A stretch of 64,000 nt of DNA from Gloeobacterales cyanobacterium (GTDB lineage Bacteria > Cyanobacteriota > Cyanobacteriia > Gloeobacterales > PMM-0068), in NCBI GenBank assembly GCA_038245785.1, contig JBBRSB010000002.1, positions 192,001 to 256,000 on the forward strand. The letters are read 5' to 3'. The notes under the pieces were generated by a model. The model saw only the letters and a list, made by a program, of their open reading frames with translations. It ran no database searches and had not been told where the DNA came from. The position numbers and the translations under genes are program-made. The first letter of the stretch is position 1. Every line of letters starts with the position of its first letter. This document shows positions 32,143 through 41,242 of this stretch, piece after piece.

Positions 32143-34853
32143 TGGGACTACAACGGTTTTCATCACGCCGACAAAGGCTCGACACGACTTTTCTGGCACC
32201 GAAGCTGCAGGGTGCCAAATCGTACCGCCGGATTGCTGGCTATTTTCGCTCATCCATCCTTGAGCTGGTTGGCGAAGAAATCGGCGATATTCCCGTAGTC
32301 TGCATTGTCTGCAATAGCGAACTTGACCTAAGGGATATCCAGGCTGCCAAGGCTGCCCGTGAAGCCGCCCTCAAAGAAAAATGGAATGAAACGCCGATTC
32401 AGGCTGAAGCGATTTTTCATCAGGACCGATACCAACGACTCTATGAGCTACTACGGAGTGGGCGGCTCAAAATCAAGGTAGTTCCCAAAGACAAAGTTTT
32501 TCTGCACGGCAAGGCTGGTGTGATTGAGCTTGCTGACGGTACCAAAACCAGCTTTTTGGGGTCCGTCAACGAAAGCCGCTCGGCCTTTGCCACCAATTAC
32601 GAAATCCTCTGGGAGGACAACTCGGCTGAGGCGGTGGCCTGGGTAGAGGAAGAGTTTGAAGCCCTCTGGAAGGATGGCCACGACCTGCCCGACGCCATCA
32701 TTGAAGAGGTTGGGCGTATTGCCAGTCGGGTTGAGGTGCGTTTCCCTGAACTAAAAGATCGCGAAATCCCTGGAGCCGTGATGGTGGAATCACCGCTTTA
32801 TCGACAGGGTGAGCAGCTTCAGCCCTGGCAACGGGCATTCGTGAGCACGTTTCTTGACCATCGTGAGCGCTATGGCAAGGCGCGTTTGCTAATTGCTGAT
32901 GAGGTGGGTCTAGGCAAAACCCTATCAATGGCCACTAGTGCCTTGGTCTCGGCACTTTTGAACGATGGCAAGGTGCTGATTTTGTGTCCATCGACGCTGA
33001 CATTACAGTGGCAGGTAGAGCTCAAAGACCGATTGGGAATCCCCAGTGCGGTGTGGGTCTCTAACAAAAAGCACTGGCTTGACCCTGATGGGCATGTGAT
33101 TCCTACGCGTGGCCCTGAAGATGTGATTCGTTGCCCCTATCAGATCGCGATTGTTTCGACGGGTTTGATCATCCAGCCGACTAGAGAACGCGAGGTTTTA
33201 CTCACCGCCAAATATGGCACTTTGGTACTTGATGAAGCCCATAAAGCCAGACGTAAAGGTGGTTTTGGGGATGGTGCTAAATCACCTAACAATCTTTTGG
33301 AATTCATGCTCAAGGTTGCACTACGCTGCCGCCATTTGATCTTAGGGACGGCCACACCGATTCAGACAGATGTCGCAGAGCTTTGGGATTTGTTGTCTAT
33401 TTTGAATGAAGGCGCAGATTTTGTTTTGGGTGGGTATGCAAGTCCCTGGAAAAATGCCGATCAGGCGCTGCACTTAGTGACTGGCAAGCGAGGTCCGTCC
33501 GATGCGCGTGAGACATGGGAACTCCTGCGGAGTCCACTGGTTTGTTCGGATGGGTTTGATAACGGAAGGTTTGACATGCTGCGGAATGCCCTGAGCCTGG
33601 CACGCGGTGAATTTTTCAGTTCATTGCCTTATGGTGATCTGTCGCCCATCGAGCAATACCGGGTCGATGAGCTTATAGGTGACTGCGATTTCTTTCGTCG
33701 CAACAACCCGATTGCTCGTCATACCGTTCTTAGACGGCGGCGAGATCTTGAGGATAAGGGCTTGCTGGAAAGAGTAGCGGTGGACATCCATCCAAATCCT
33801 AATGGGCAGAACCATGCCTATGCGGGTATTGCCTTCATCGATGGCCTGGGCCTCCTGACCAACGCACCCTTTCAAAATGCGTACGAAGCGGCAGAGCGTT
33901 TTACCGAACTATTACAAAAACGAACTAAGGCAGCCGGGTTCATGAAAACTCTGCTTCTGCAGCGGATTTGCAGCAGTTTTGCTTCGGGTCGCTCAACGGC
34001 TCAGGCAATGCTCGACAAAAGGCTTTTGGAAGAAGAAGAGAATGCTCATCTCGTGTTAGAAGAACTTTCGAAACTTACACCAGCCGAGGCTGAGCAACTA
34101 GCGGCCATTACGTTTGAGCTCTCAAGGCCTGAGGCAACTGACCCCAAGCTGGATGCAGTGCTAACGTTTTTGTCTGAGGTCAAATCAGCGGGCAAAACGT
34201 GGCGTGAACATGGCTGTATTGTTTTTAGCCAATACTATGACACCGCTGATTGGGTGGCCTCAAAAATTGCCCAGCGTTTCCCTGAAGAGGTGGTAGCGGT
34301 ATATGCGGGAGTGGGAAAGAGTAAGCTTTATCGAGCCGAACGGGCCGTTGCCGTAGAACGCGAAGCAATTAAACAGTCTGTCAAAAAGAGAGACATTCGC
34401 CTGGTCGTTGCTACGGATGCAGCCTGCGAAGGGCTCAATCTACAGACCCTTGGCACGCTCATTAATGTAGATCTGCCCTGGAATCCATCGCGCCTTGAAC
34501 AGCGACTTGGGCGTATCAAACGCTTTGGACAGGCACGAAAGTCTGTGGACATGCTCAACCTCGTTTATCACGAGACCATGGACGAGAAAGTTTATCAAAA
34601 GCTTTCAGAGCGTATGAGAGACAAGTTCGATATTTTTGGGGGCATGCCGGATGTCATTGACGATGACTGGATTGACGACATTGAAAAATTCGAACGCCAG
34701 GCGGATAAGTACATCGAGATGCGTAAACAGCAGAAGGATGTATTCGCTGAGAGATATGGCTCTGACTTCGACGTGAATCGTGAACGGTGGGAACTCTGCA
34801 CCAAAGTTCTTTCGAGAAGCGATATTGATCATGTACTAGAACGACCTTGGTAA
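32139..34853 (+). CDS. PLD-nuclease / SNF2 helicase fusion
   Basis: LHGK..GSVNES (HxK..GSxN); DEVGLGKT, DEAH, TATP, EQRLGRIKRFGQ. Confidence 0.9.
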   Translation: MMGLQRFSSRRQRLDTTFLAPKLQGAKSYRRIAGYFRSSILELVGEEIGDIPVVCIVCNSELDLRDIQAAKAAREAALKEKWNETPIQAEAIFHQDRYQRLYELLRSGRLKIKVVPKDKVFLHGKAGVIELADGTKTSFLGSVNESRSAFATNYEILWEDNSAEAVAWVEEEFEALWKDGHDLPDAIIEEVGRIASRVEVRFPELKDREIPGAVMVESPLYRQGEQLQPWQRAFVSTFLDHRERYGKARLLIADEVGLGKTLSMATSALVSALLNDGKVLILCPSTLTLQWQVELKDRLGIPSAVWVSNKKHWLDPDGHVIPTRGPEDVIRCPYQIAIVSTGLIIQPTREREVLLTAKYGTLVLDEAHKARRKGGFGDGAKSPNNLLEFMLKVALRCRHLILGTATPIQTDVAELWDLLSILNEGADFVLGGYASPWKNADQALHLVTGKRGPSDARETWELLRSPLVCSDGFDNGRFDMLRNALSLARGEFFSSLPYGDLSPIEQYRVDELIGDCDFFRRNNPIARHTVLRRRRDLEDKGLLERVAVDIHPNPNGQNHAYAGIAFIDGLGLLTNAPFQNAYEAAERFTELLQKRTKAAGFMKTLLLQRICSSFASGRSTAQAMLDKRLLEEEENAHLVLEELSKLTPAEAEQLAAITFELSRPEATDPKLDAVLTFLSEVKSAGKTWREHGCIVFSQYYDTADWVASKIAQRFPEEVVAVYAGVGKSKLYRAERAVAVEREAIKQSVKKRDIRLVVATDAACEGLNLQTLGTLINVDLPWNPSRLEQRLGRIKRFGQARKSVDMLNLVYHETMDEKVYQKLSERMRDKFDIFGGMPDVIDDDWIDDIEKFERQADKYIEMRKQQKDVFAERYGSDFDVNRERWELCTKVLSRSDIDHVLERPW

Positions 34854-35019
34854 GCTCATCAAAGATTTCGTACAAACCAGATCTGCAGAGTGTTGACAGC
34901 GGCTTAGCACATTAGCCTCAATACTTTCTAACAATAACCACCCATACTATCCACCTCTTTTTATCTCTTATCCTCTGTCTCTTCCCTCTTCCTAGCTTGA
35001 CACTCTCACCCAACTTTTA

Positions 35020-35039
35020 TGTTATATTTTTATATAACA
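35020..35039. promoter_or_regulatory. mazEF/pemIK operator palindrome
   Basis: TGTTATAT-tttt-ATATAACA downstream of TTGACA (34997). Confidence 0.7.
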
Positions 35040-35060
35040 GAGACTTTAACGAGGTGCAAT

Positions 35061-35318
35061 ATGCATACAGCCAATCTCCGCAAGGTCGGTGGCTCGGTCA
35101 TGTTGGCTGTGCCGCCTGCGATCCTCGAACTGCTGCATCTACAGGCGGGGGCAACGGTTCGTATGGCTGTCGAAAGCGGCTGCCTGATGATTGAACCGCT
35201 ACCGCGCCCGCGCTACAGTCTAGATGAGCTTCTGGCCCAATGTGACGCATCGGCTGAACTAACTGAGGAAGATCGGGAATGGCTCGATGCTAAGCCAGTC
35301 GGCAACGAGCTTTTGTAA
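35061..35318 (+). CDS. MazE/PemI (AbrB-fold) antitoxin
   Basis: LRKVGGSVMLAVPP..YSLDELLAQCD..GNELL. Confidence 0.9.
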   Translation: MHTANLRKVGGSVMLAVPPAILELLHLQAGATVRMAVESGCLMIEPLPRPRYSLDELLAQCDASAELTEEDREWLDAKPVGNELL

Positions 35319-35674
35319 TGGATCGCGGTGATATTTACCTGGTCTCTCTTGACCCGACTTCTGTCCATGAACAGCCCTTCGATAAGACTCAGGAGCCACA
35401 AGACACGCGGCCCGTTTTAGTCGTCTCACCAGCTGCCTTTAACCGTTTAACGAAAACTCCTGTAGTGCTACCGATCACCAGCAAGGGGAACTTTGCTCGC
35501 ACGGCAGGCTTTGCTGTGTCGCTGAAAGATGCCGGGACAAAAACAACGGGTGTTGTACGGTGTGATCAACCCCGCGCCCTCAATCTTGACTCGCTCCGTG
35601 CCCGCAAGCTTGAAAGTTTACCCGCATCGATCATGGATGAAGTGCTGGCGAAGCTGGCCCCCATTTTTGATTGA
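35318..35674 (+). CDS. MazF/PemK toxin with in-frame 24-nt insertion
   Basis: RGDIYLVSLDP..HEQ..RPVLVVSP..PIT..CDQPR. Confidence 0.88.
   Translation: MDRGDIYLVSLDPTSVHEQPFDKTQEPQDTRPVLVVSPAAFNRLTKTPVVLPITSKGNFARTAGFAVSLKDAGTKTTGVVRCDQPRALNLDSLRARKLESLPASIMDEVLAKLAPIFD
35374..35397 (+). repeat. 24-nt hairpin dispersed repeat, copy 5 (in MazF gene)
   Basis: GCCCTTCGATAAGACTCAGGAGCC, reading PFDKTQEP. Confidence 0.75.
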
Positions 35675-35892
35675 ACGGTTGCTCTGTGATTGACAAAGCC
35701 ACGCTATGCGAATCAGCCTGTGGTCTGCATCTGTGGGGAATACTTGCTGATTGCATCCAACAGCTTCTGGGCCTCTCTTTGCGCTCGGCTTCAATATATA
35801 TGTGAACTATGGCTGGAAAGAATTATGGGAACGTGGTGATGAACCAAGAAGGAGAACATAGGATTAGAGCAGATGGTCAAAGGATAAATATC

Positions 35893-36120
35893 ATGAAAAT
35901 CGATACTGAAGGAAGGATTCCCCTTCCCTTCGAAATTCGAGAAAAGCTTGGTCTACAGCCCGGTACAGAGATCCAAATTGAGGTCATAGGGAATACGCTG
36001 CAAATCCGCAAACCCATAAGCCCCGGTCGAGGAGCGCAAGTAATCGCGGCAATGAAAGGTAAAGCAACAAACCGACTGACCACTGACGACATTATGCAAC
36101 TCACTCGTGCAGATCCATGA
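35893..36120 (+). CDS. AbrB/VapB-type antitoxin
   Basis: GRIPLPFEIREKLGLQPGTEI..TTDDIMQLTR. Confidence 0.85.
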   Translation: MKIDTEGRIPLPFEIREKLGLQPGTEIQIEVIGNTLQIRKPISPGRGAQVIAAMKGKATNRLTTDDIMQLTRADP

Positions 36121-36497
36121 CCCATATTCTGGTTGACAGCAACGTGGTCCTAGACATTCTGACCGAAGATCCCCAGTGGTTTACATGGTCAGCGCAAATG
36201 CTAGCCGATTACGCCGATCAGGGAGATTTGGTGATTAACCCTATCATTTATGCCGAAATTTCCATGGGATTCAATCAACCCGAAGAATTCTTTCGCCGAG
36301 ATCCTTTACCTTACGCCGCAGCTTTTCTCGCAGGACAGAGCTTTCTGCAATACCGTCGTCGCGGTGGTGAGCGGCGATCGCCTCTACCTGACTTTTACAT
36401 TGGCGCTCATGCTGCTGTTGCAGATATGCCCCTACTAACCCGCGATGTCAACCGTTACAAGACTTACTTTCCATCAGTGAAATTGATTGTGCCCTAG
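36117..36497 (+). CDS. VapC PIN toxin
   Basis: LVDSNVVLD, YAE, PLPDFYIGAHA, LLTRD. Confidence 0.88.
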   Translation: MTHILVDSNVVLDILTEDPQWFTWSAQMLADYADQGDLVINPIIYAEISMGFNQPEEFFRRDPLPYAAAFLAGQSFLQYRRRGGERRSPLPDFYIGAHAAVADMPLLTRDVNRYKTYFPSVKLIVP

Positions 36498-36606
36498 GTC
36501 TCGGGGTAGGTCACTTGAAAATTTGTGACACTAAACAAACAAAACCAGGGAGTAAAGGACTACTCAAGATGTCAGAATCGGTCAAGGTTTCAGCAAGTTG
36601 CAGGGC

Positions 36607-36630
36607 GGTCCCAGAGCCTTGACGAAGGGC
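36607..36630 (-). repeat. 24-nt hairpin dispersed repeat, copy 6
   Basis: GCCCTTCGTCAAGGCTCTGGGACC, in frame (ALRQGSGT) in the Uma2 C-terminal part. Confidence 0.75.
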
Positions 36631-36725
36631 ATTATCTTTTTGGCGATAAACCTCAATCTGTTTTTTTCTCCAATCTGCGATCCATTACTCCGTGACGTTT
36701 TGCGCCGAATATAAATCTAGCTTTA

Positions 36726-36749
36726 GCCCTTCGAGAAGCCTCAGGGACC
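36726..36749 (+). repeat. 24-nt hairpin dispersed repeat, copy 7
   Basis: GCCCTTCGAGAAGCCTCAGGGACC at the Uma2 deletion junction. Confidence 0.78.
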
Positions 36750-37015
36750 GCCAATTGGGAACTATCTGACCACAAATCTAAGAGCGTATAAAGTTTGCCG
36801 CATACCTCTTGATGCCTCCAGTGTGGTGCTCTGGTCACGAATAGGTCTCCGTCAATTATTTCGTAACGGTTCCCGTTTTCCTGTAGGTCCAGCAAATTAG
36901 CACTTGTCCACTTTAAAATGGCCTTGGTCATAGACCCTTCTAAGCAGTCCTGTCATTCTACGTTCTGCTTCTATATAAGGCTCTGAGTCTCTACTATTCA
37001 GGGTTTCAAAAATTT

Positions 37016-37086
37016 AGGCGGCACCCAGATTCGAACTGGGGGTAAAGGATTTGCAGTCCTCTGCCTTACCACTTGGCCATGCCGCC
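37016..37086 (-). tRNA. trnC: tRNA-Cys(GCA)
   Basis: GGCGGCATGGCCAAGTGGTAAGGCAGAGGACTGCAAATCCTTTACCCCCAGTTCGAATCTGGGTGCCGCCT. Confidence 0.96.
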
Positions 37087-37187
37087 TTATCGACTCAAGC
37101 TTTGAGCCAAGCAATGGTAACACAGTCTACACGCTCTCCCATACGGGAATAAAGAGCGCTGTGTTTATTCTAAGTGGACAAACTTGA

Positions 37188-37448
37188 TTAAGCGCTAACC
37201 TGGGTTCCAGCAAACAGCATGACCACAGCAGCCGATACCAGACTCACCCAAGCGAACATCCCAAGGCCCATAGCGCTGAGGGGGAAACTAGCCAAGCCCA
37301 ACACGGCTCCAATACCAAATATCCAGGCTGCAGAGCGCTTAGCGGGAAATAACTCACAGGTAGGATGAAGCAGCTCACAACTGGGAGCTTCAGGGTCCAG
37401 CGAAGGACTAAACAATTCGGTGTAGGCGCGGTCGATAGGGCTATACAT
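37188..37448 (-). CDS. Small membrane hypothetical protein
   Basis: 86 aa with two hydrophobic helices; GGAG upstream. Confidence 0.6.
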   Translation of the reverse strand: MYSPIDRAYTELFSPSLDPEAPSCELLHPTCELFPAKRSAAWIFGIGAVLGLASFPLSAMGLGMFAWVSLVSAAVVMLFAGTQVSA

Positions 37449-37577
37449 ACTTTCTAATTTCTCCGCTGGTTACGTCTACAAAGGCCATTCAACAAATGGC
37501 GCATCCTACAAAGATAATGAAAAAATCATAAACTTCAATGTTTATTCCCACAATCGTGATGTTTGTTTACACATGCA

Positions 37578-40500
37578 CTATGAAACGGCTAGAGCCTGAG
37601 CAGATTCTGCCCGTATCTTCATTCCTAGAATCTTGGAGCGTCCATCGCTGGCCAAGGTGACGCCCAGCGTACGGTCAGACCGCTCAATCATTGGGCGGCG
37701 AAGAGAAACAACTAAGAATTGAGCAGACTTTGCTTCTGATTGGAGCATATTCGCCAAGAGTTCCACGTTCGCGCCATCGAGGAACATATCGACTTCATCA
37801 AAGGCATAGAAAGGAGAAGGACGATAGCGCTGGAGGGCAAAAATGAAACTCAGCGCTGTCAGAGATTTCTCCCCTCCCGACATCGATTCTAAGCGCCGTA
37901 CTTTTTTACCCTTTGGATGGGCCACTAGAGTTAATCCACCTTCAAAAGGACGCTCAGGATTATCTAGTTGCAAATGACCATCTCCATCGGAAAGCCTTTC
38001 AAAAATCATCTGGAAGTGCCCGTTTACAGCATCAAAAGCTTCCATAAAAGAAGTGAATTTGAGCGTGTCAAAGTTTTCAATGCGCAAGAGTAGTTCTGTC
38101 CGTTCTCGCTGCAAGGTATCCATCTTCTCGGTCAAGCCATCTAGACGCTCCGTAACACGGGCATATTCATCAATTGCCAACATATTCACTGGCTCTAGAG
38201 AGACCATCTTGCGTTGCTTTTTCTGACGCTGATTTTGGAGTTCTTCTAGGGTCAAGTCTTCAGGAATTTCTTCTTGTGCCGCTACCACTTCCTCTTCTGC
38301 AGACTGGAGTTGCGCTAACTGCTGCTGCTCCTGCTGGATTTTCTCTGCAAGTTGCTGCTGGTTCCATTCCTCCTGTTGACGTTGTTTCGTTAAGATCCGC
38401 AGTTGCTTCTCCTGCTCGTCTCGATGGAGTTTAATATCGCGCAGATGTTGTTCTAAAGCATTGGCCTGTTGTTGCAGTTCCTGGATTCGTTCTTGGATTT
38501 GCAGCTTTTGGCTCTGGAAATCCTGGGACTTCTGTGCATTCTGGGTTTCATCCAAGCTGATCTGAGCAACCCGTTCTTCTAAGTTCTGAATTTTCTCTTG
38601 GCACAGTTTCTGGTCAAGCTGTAACGCCTGGAGCTGTGCTTCTATATTCCGCGCTTGCGCATTGGAGCGCTCCAGTTCTAGCTCTAGCTCTTGAGCCTGC
38701 TGTTGAATCGCTTGCCAGGACTGATGAGTTGCATCCGCTTCCAAGGCTTTCAGTGCCTCTTGCAAGCGGCCAATTTCTGCACCCAGTGGAGTGAGCGTAT
38801 TTTCCTGCTCCTCTTGCGTGGCCCGCTGGCTGGTGAAGAGCACTTCTTGCTGCTGGAGCAAGGTAGCTAAAGTTTCCTGGCGTTTAGTAGAAGACTGAAC
38901 TTCTCGCTCTAGTTGGTCTTTTCTCCCTTCTAGCTGCATTTGCTCTCGTTGGGCCGCGTAGATATCCTGCTGCAGGCTTTCCACCTTCTCGTTATGCTGA
39001 CGCAACCGATTCTGCAGCGCTTGCACCACCGTATTGATATCTTCTAAGCGTTTGCTGAGCTGTTGCACTTCATCGGATTGTTCTACTTTGGCAAATCCCC
39101 GCAGAGATTGACGTTGGATGCTGCCCCCGGTCATCGCCCCAGATTTTTCGAGCAATTCTCCTTCCAGGGTGACAATGCGATAGCGGCCCAAGTGACGACG
39201 GGCGCGGGCAAGGTCATCAAAGACAAGGGTATCGCCAAAAATAAAGGCAAAAATATCAGCGAAATGGTCATCAAATTCCAGAAGATTGATAGCGTAATCG
39301 ACGAGTCCTTCTTCCCTCAGGGCAGGCAAATAGCGTGCGGGCTGCATCCGCTTGAGGGGAAGGAAGGTCGCTCGTCCTGCCCGTTGCTGCTTCAGCAGGG
39401 CAATTGCCTGGCTGGCAGACTCTTCATCGGTCACTACGCCATAGTTCAGACGGCTACCGGCTGCAATCGATAGGGCCAATTCATAGGCTTGCTCAACCCT
39501 GCCCAATTCTCGGACCGTCCCTAAAAAGCCCGTCAAATTGGCTTGGCGGATCACCTGCATCGCCCGGTCGCCATCTTGCTCTTGGCGGAGATTGAGTTGT
39601 GCTTCTAAGCGGTCGAGCTGGCGGCGCTTTTCCTGTTGTTCTTGCTCCAGGCGGCGGAGGGTCGTAGTTTCGGTGAGAGACGATTGCTTTTGCTCCGTCA
39701 GTTCTTTCTGGAGAAGCTCCAGTCGCTCCGTGACCTTGCTATGGCTTTGGCGAAGCTGTTTAAGGGCCTCACTTTGCTCAGTTAAGACCTTGGTTAAATG
39801 CTGCTTCTCTTGGCCATATTCTCCTAACTTTGCCGCACCTTGCTCAATCTGAGAGGCTAGTTGCGTATTCTGCTGCCAAAGAGGTTGATAAAGGGCTTGC
39901 TGCTCCTCCAAGATTTGACGGAGCTGGGTTTGTTCTTGGAGCCACTGGGCCGAAGAACTAGAGACTTCCTGTAGTCGCTGACGAGTTTGGTCTAAGCGCG
40001 TCTTATCTTTTTCGACCCTTTGCTGACAGGTAACCAACAGAGCGGACTGGTTTTGCATCTGCTCTTGGTAGCTAATCTGCTGAATATCTAATTCATCTCG
40101 GTCGGCAGCGAACTTGCGCAACAGTCTCTGGCGCTCCTGTTTTTGCTGCTCCAAACTTTGGAAAGATTGCTCCAACTGTTGTAATTGAGCTTTATGCTGC
40201 GCGAGTTGGGTTTGTAGCTGGAGATGTTCCTGTTCAGAGATCTCTTTAATGTGCTGATTGGCCTTTTCTAAGGTGGTCTCTTGCTCAGCAATCTGGACCT
40301 CAAGCTGCTTGAGCTCTTTAGCTTTCTGTTTGAGCTGAGCTTCATCTTGGGCAATTTGGGTAGTCAGGCGAACAATATGCATTACTCGTTCCCGGACCAT
40401 GAGGATGCCTTCCCAGCGGTCCAGCTGTTCAATATCAGAACGCAACAGCTTGTAGGCTTGGGCTTTTTTTTGCTCTTCGGCTAATCGGGTCTGAGCATCT

Positions 40501-41087
40501 TGGAGCTCTTGTTGGATGACTTTAAGCCGGTCTTCTTGGACTTCTACTTCATCCAATTCGCGACGGGCTGCTTCAATCTTGCGGTCAAAGGCCGCCACTC
40601 CAGCCATTTCATCAATGATTTCCCGACGTTCCCGGCTGTTCATCGAGATGATGCCGGTGACATCCCCTTGGAGAACGACGTTGTAGCCTTCCGGATAGAT
40701 TCGCCGCTGGGCCAAAGCTTCATGCAGCTCCGTAAGCGTACAGGGCTGGTCATCCATGTAGTAGGTACTGGCGTAGTTCTGACCATTGACTCGAAGTTTG
40801 CGCCGTACTTGCCACTCTCGCTCTGAGCCATCTTCCTCAGGAATTCCAAAGGTGGCGGTTACAATCGCTTCCCCACGGCTTGCCCCTTGATGGAGTAAAT
40901 CCGAAAGTTTTTCAGCCCGCATCCCCCTGGTGGTGGAAAGGCCCAGACAAAAGAGCAGTGAGTCAATAACGTTCGATTTACCTGAACCATTGGGTCCCGA
41001 AACTACCGTAAAGCCGTCATGGAGCGGGATCTTTACGTAGGAACCGAAAGACTTAAAGTGGTCAACTTCCAAACACTTAAGGTACAT
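37578..41087 (-). CDS. smc: Chromosome segregation protein SMC
   Basis: FKSF, GPNGSGKSN, hinge GRATFLPL, MSGGEKSL, FDEVD. Confidence 0.96.
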   Translation of the reverse strand: MYLKCLEVDHFKSFGSYVKIPLHDGFTVVSGPNGSGKSNVIDSLLFCLGLSTTRGMRAEKLSDLLHQGASRGEAIVTATFGIPEEDGSEREWQVRRKLRVNGQNYASTYYMDDQPCTLTELHEALAQRRIYPEGYNVVLQGDVTGIISMNSRERREIIDEMAGVAAFDRKIEAARRELDEVEVQEDRLKVIQQELQDAQTRLAEEQKKAQAYKLLRSDIEQLDRWEGILMVRERVMHIVRLTTQIAQDEAQLKQKAKELKQLEVQIAEQETTLEKANQHIKEISEQEHLQLQTQLAQHKAQLQQLEQSFQSLEQQKQERQRLLRKFAADRDELDIQQISYQEQMQNQSALLVTCQQRVEKDKTRLDQTRQRLQEVSSSSAQWLQEQTQLRQILEEQQALYQPLWQQNTQLASQIEQGAAKLGEYGQEKQHLTKVLTEQSEALKQLRQSHSKVTERLELLQKELTEQKQSSLTETTTLRRLEQEQQEKRRQLDRLEAQLNLRQEQDGDRAMQVIRQANLTGFLGTVRELGRVEQAYELALSIAAGSRLNYGVVTDEESASQAIALLKQQRAGRATFLPLKRMQPARYLPALREEGLVDYAINLLEFDDHFADIFAFIFGDTLVFDDLARARRHLGRYRIVTLEGELLEKSGAMTGGSIQRQSLRGFAKVEQSDEVQQLSKRLEDINTVVQALQNRLRQHNEKVESLQQDIYAAQREQMQLEGRKDQLEREVQSSTKRQETLATLLQQQEVLFTSQRATQEEQENTLTPLGAEIGRLQEALKALEADATHQSWQAIQQQAQELELELERSNAQARNIEAQLQALQLDQKLCQEKIQNLEERVAQISLDETQNAQKSQDFQSQKLQIQERIQELQQQANALEQHLRDIKLHRDEQEKQLRILTKQRQQEEWNQQQLAEKIQQEQQQLAQLQSAEEEVVAAQEEIPEDLTLEELQNQRQKKQRKMVSLEPVNMLAIDEYARVTERLDGLTEKMDTLQRERTELLLRIENFDTLKFTSFMEAFDAVNGHFQMIFERLSDGDGHLQLDNPERPFEGGLTLVAHPKGKKVRRLESMSGGEKSLTALSFIFALQRYRPSPFYAFDEVDMFLDGANVELLANMLQSEAKSAQFLVVSLRRPMIERSDRTLGVTLASDGRSKILGMKIRAESAQALAVS

Positions 41088-41242
41088 AGACCAGCCCAGG
41101 CTATTCGCATATGGACAGATATACTCTGTCTCTTGCAGAATTCTACCTATAGCGTCTCCATAGAGCAAGACCAACTAGGGGTAGAGTTCAATTTCAGTTG
41201 TAAATTTGTATTTAGACAGTGACGGAATAATAAAATGATCCG

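Larger units (their letters stand above)
36530..36931 (-). pseudogene. Uma2-family endonuclease pseudogene
   Basis: RYEIIDGDLFVTRAPHWRHQ; central part missing; second frame KLDLYS..E*WIADWRKKQIEVYR..LSSPLLPGF. Confidence 0.8.
20256..37058. mobile_element. tRNA-Cys-integrated defence island (no integrase seen)
   Basis: Flanking 47-bp direct repeats; defence, TA and pseudogene cargo; patchy base composition. Confidence 0.85.

Noticed and set aside
20313..36749. 24-nt repeats as a CRISPR array
   Set aside because: Copies are dispersed, on both strands and irregularly spaced, and no cas genes are present.
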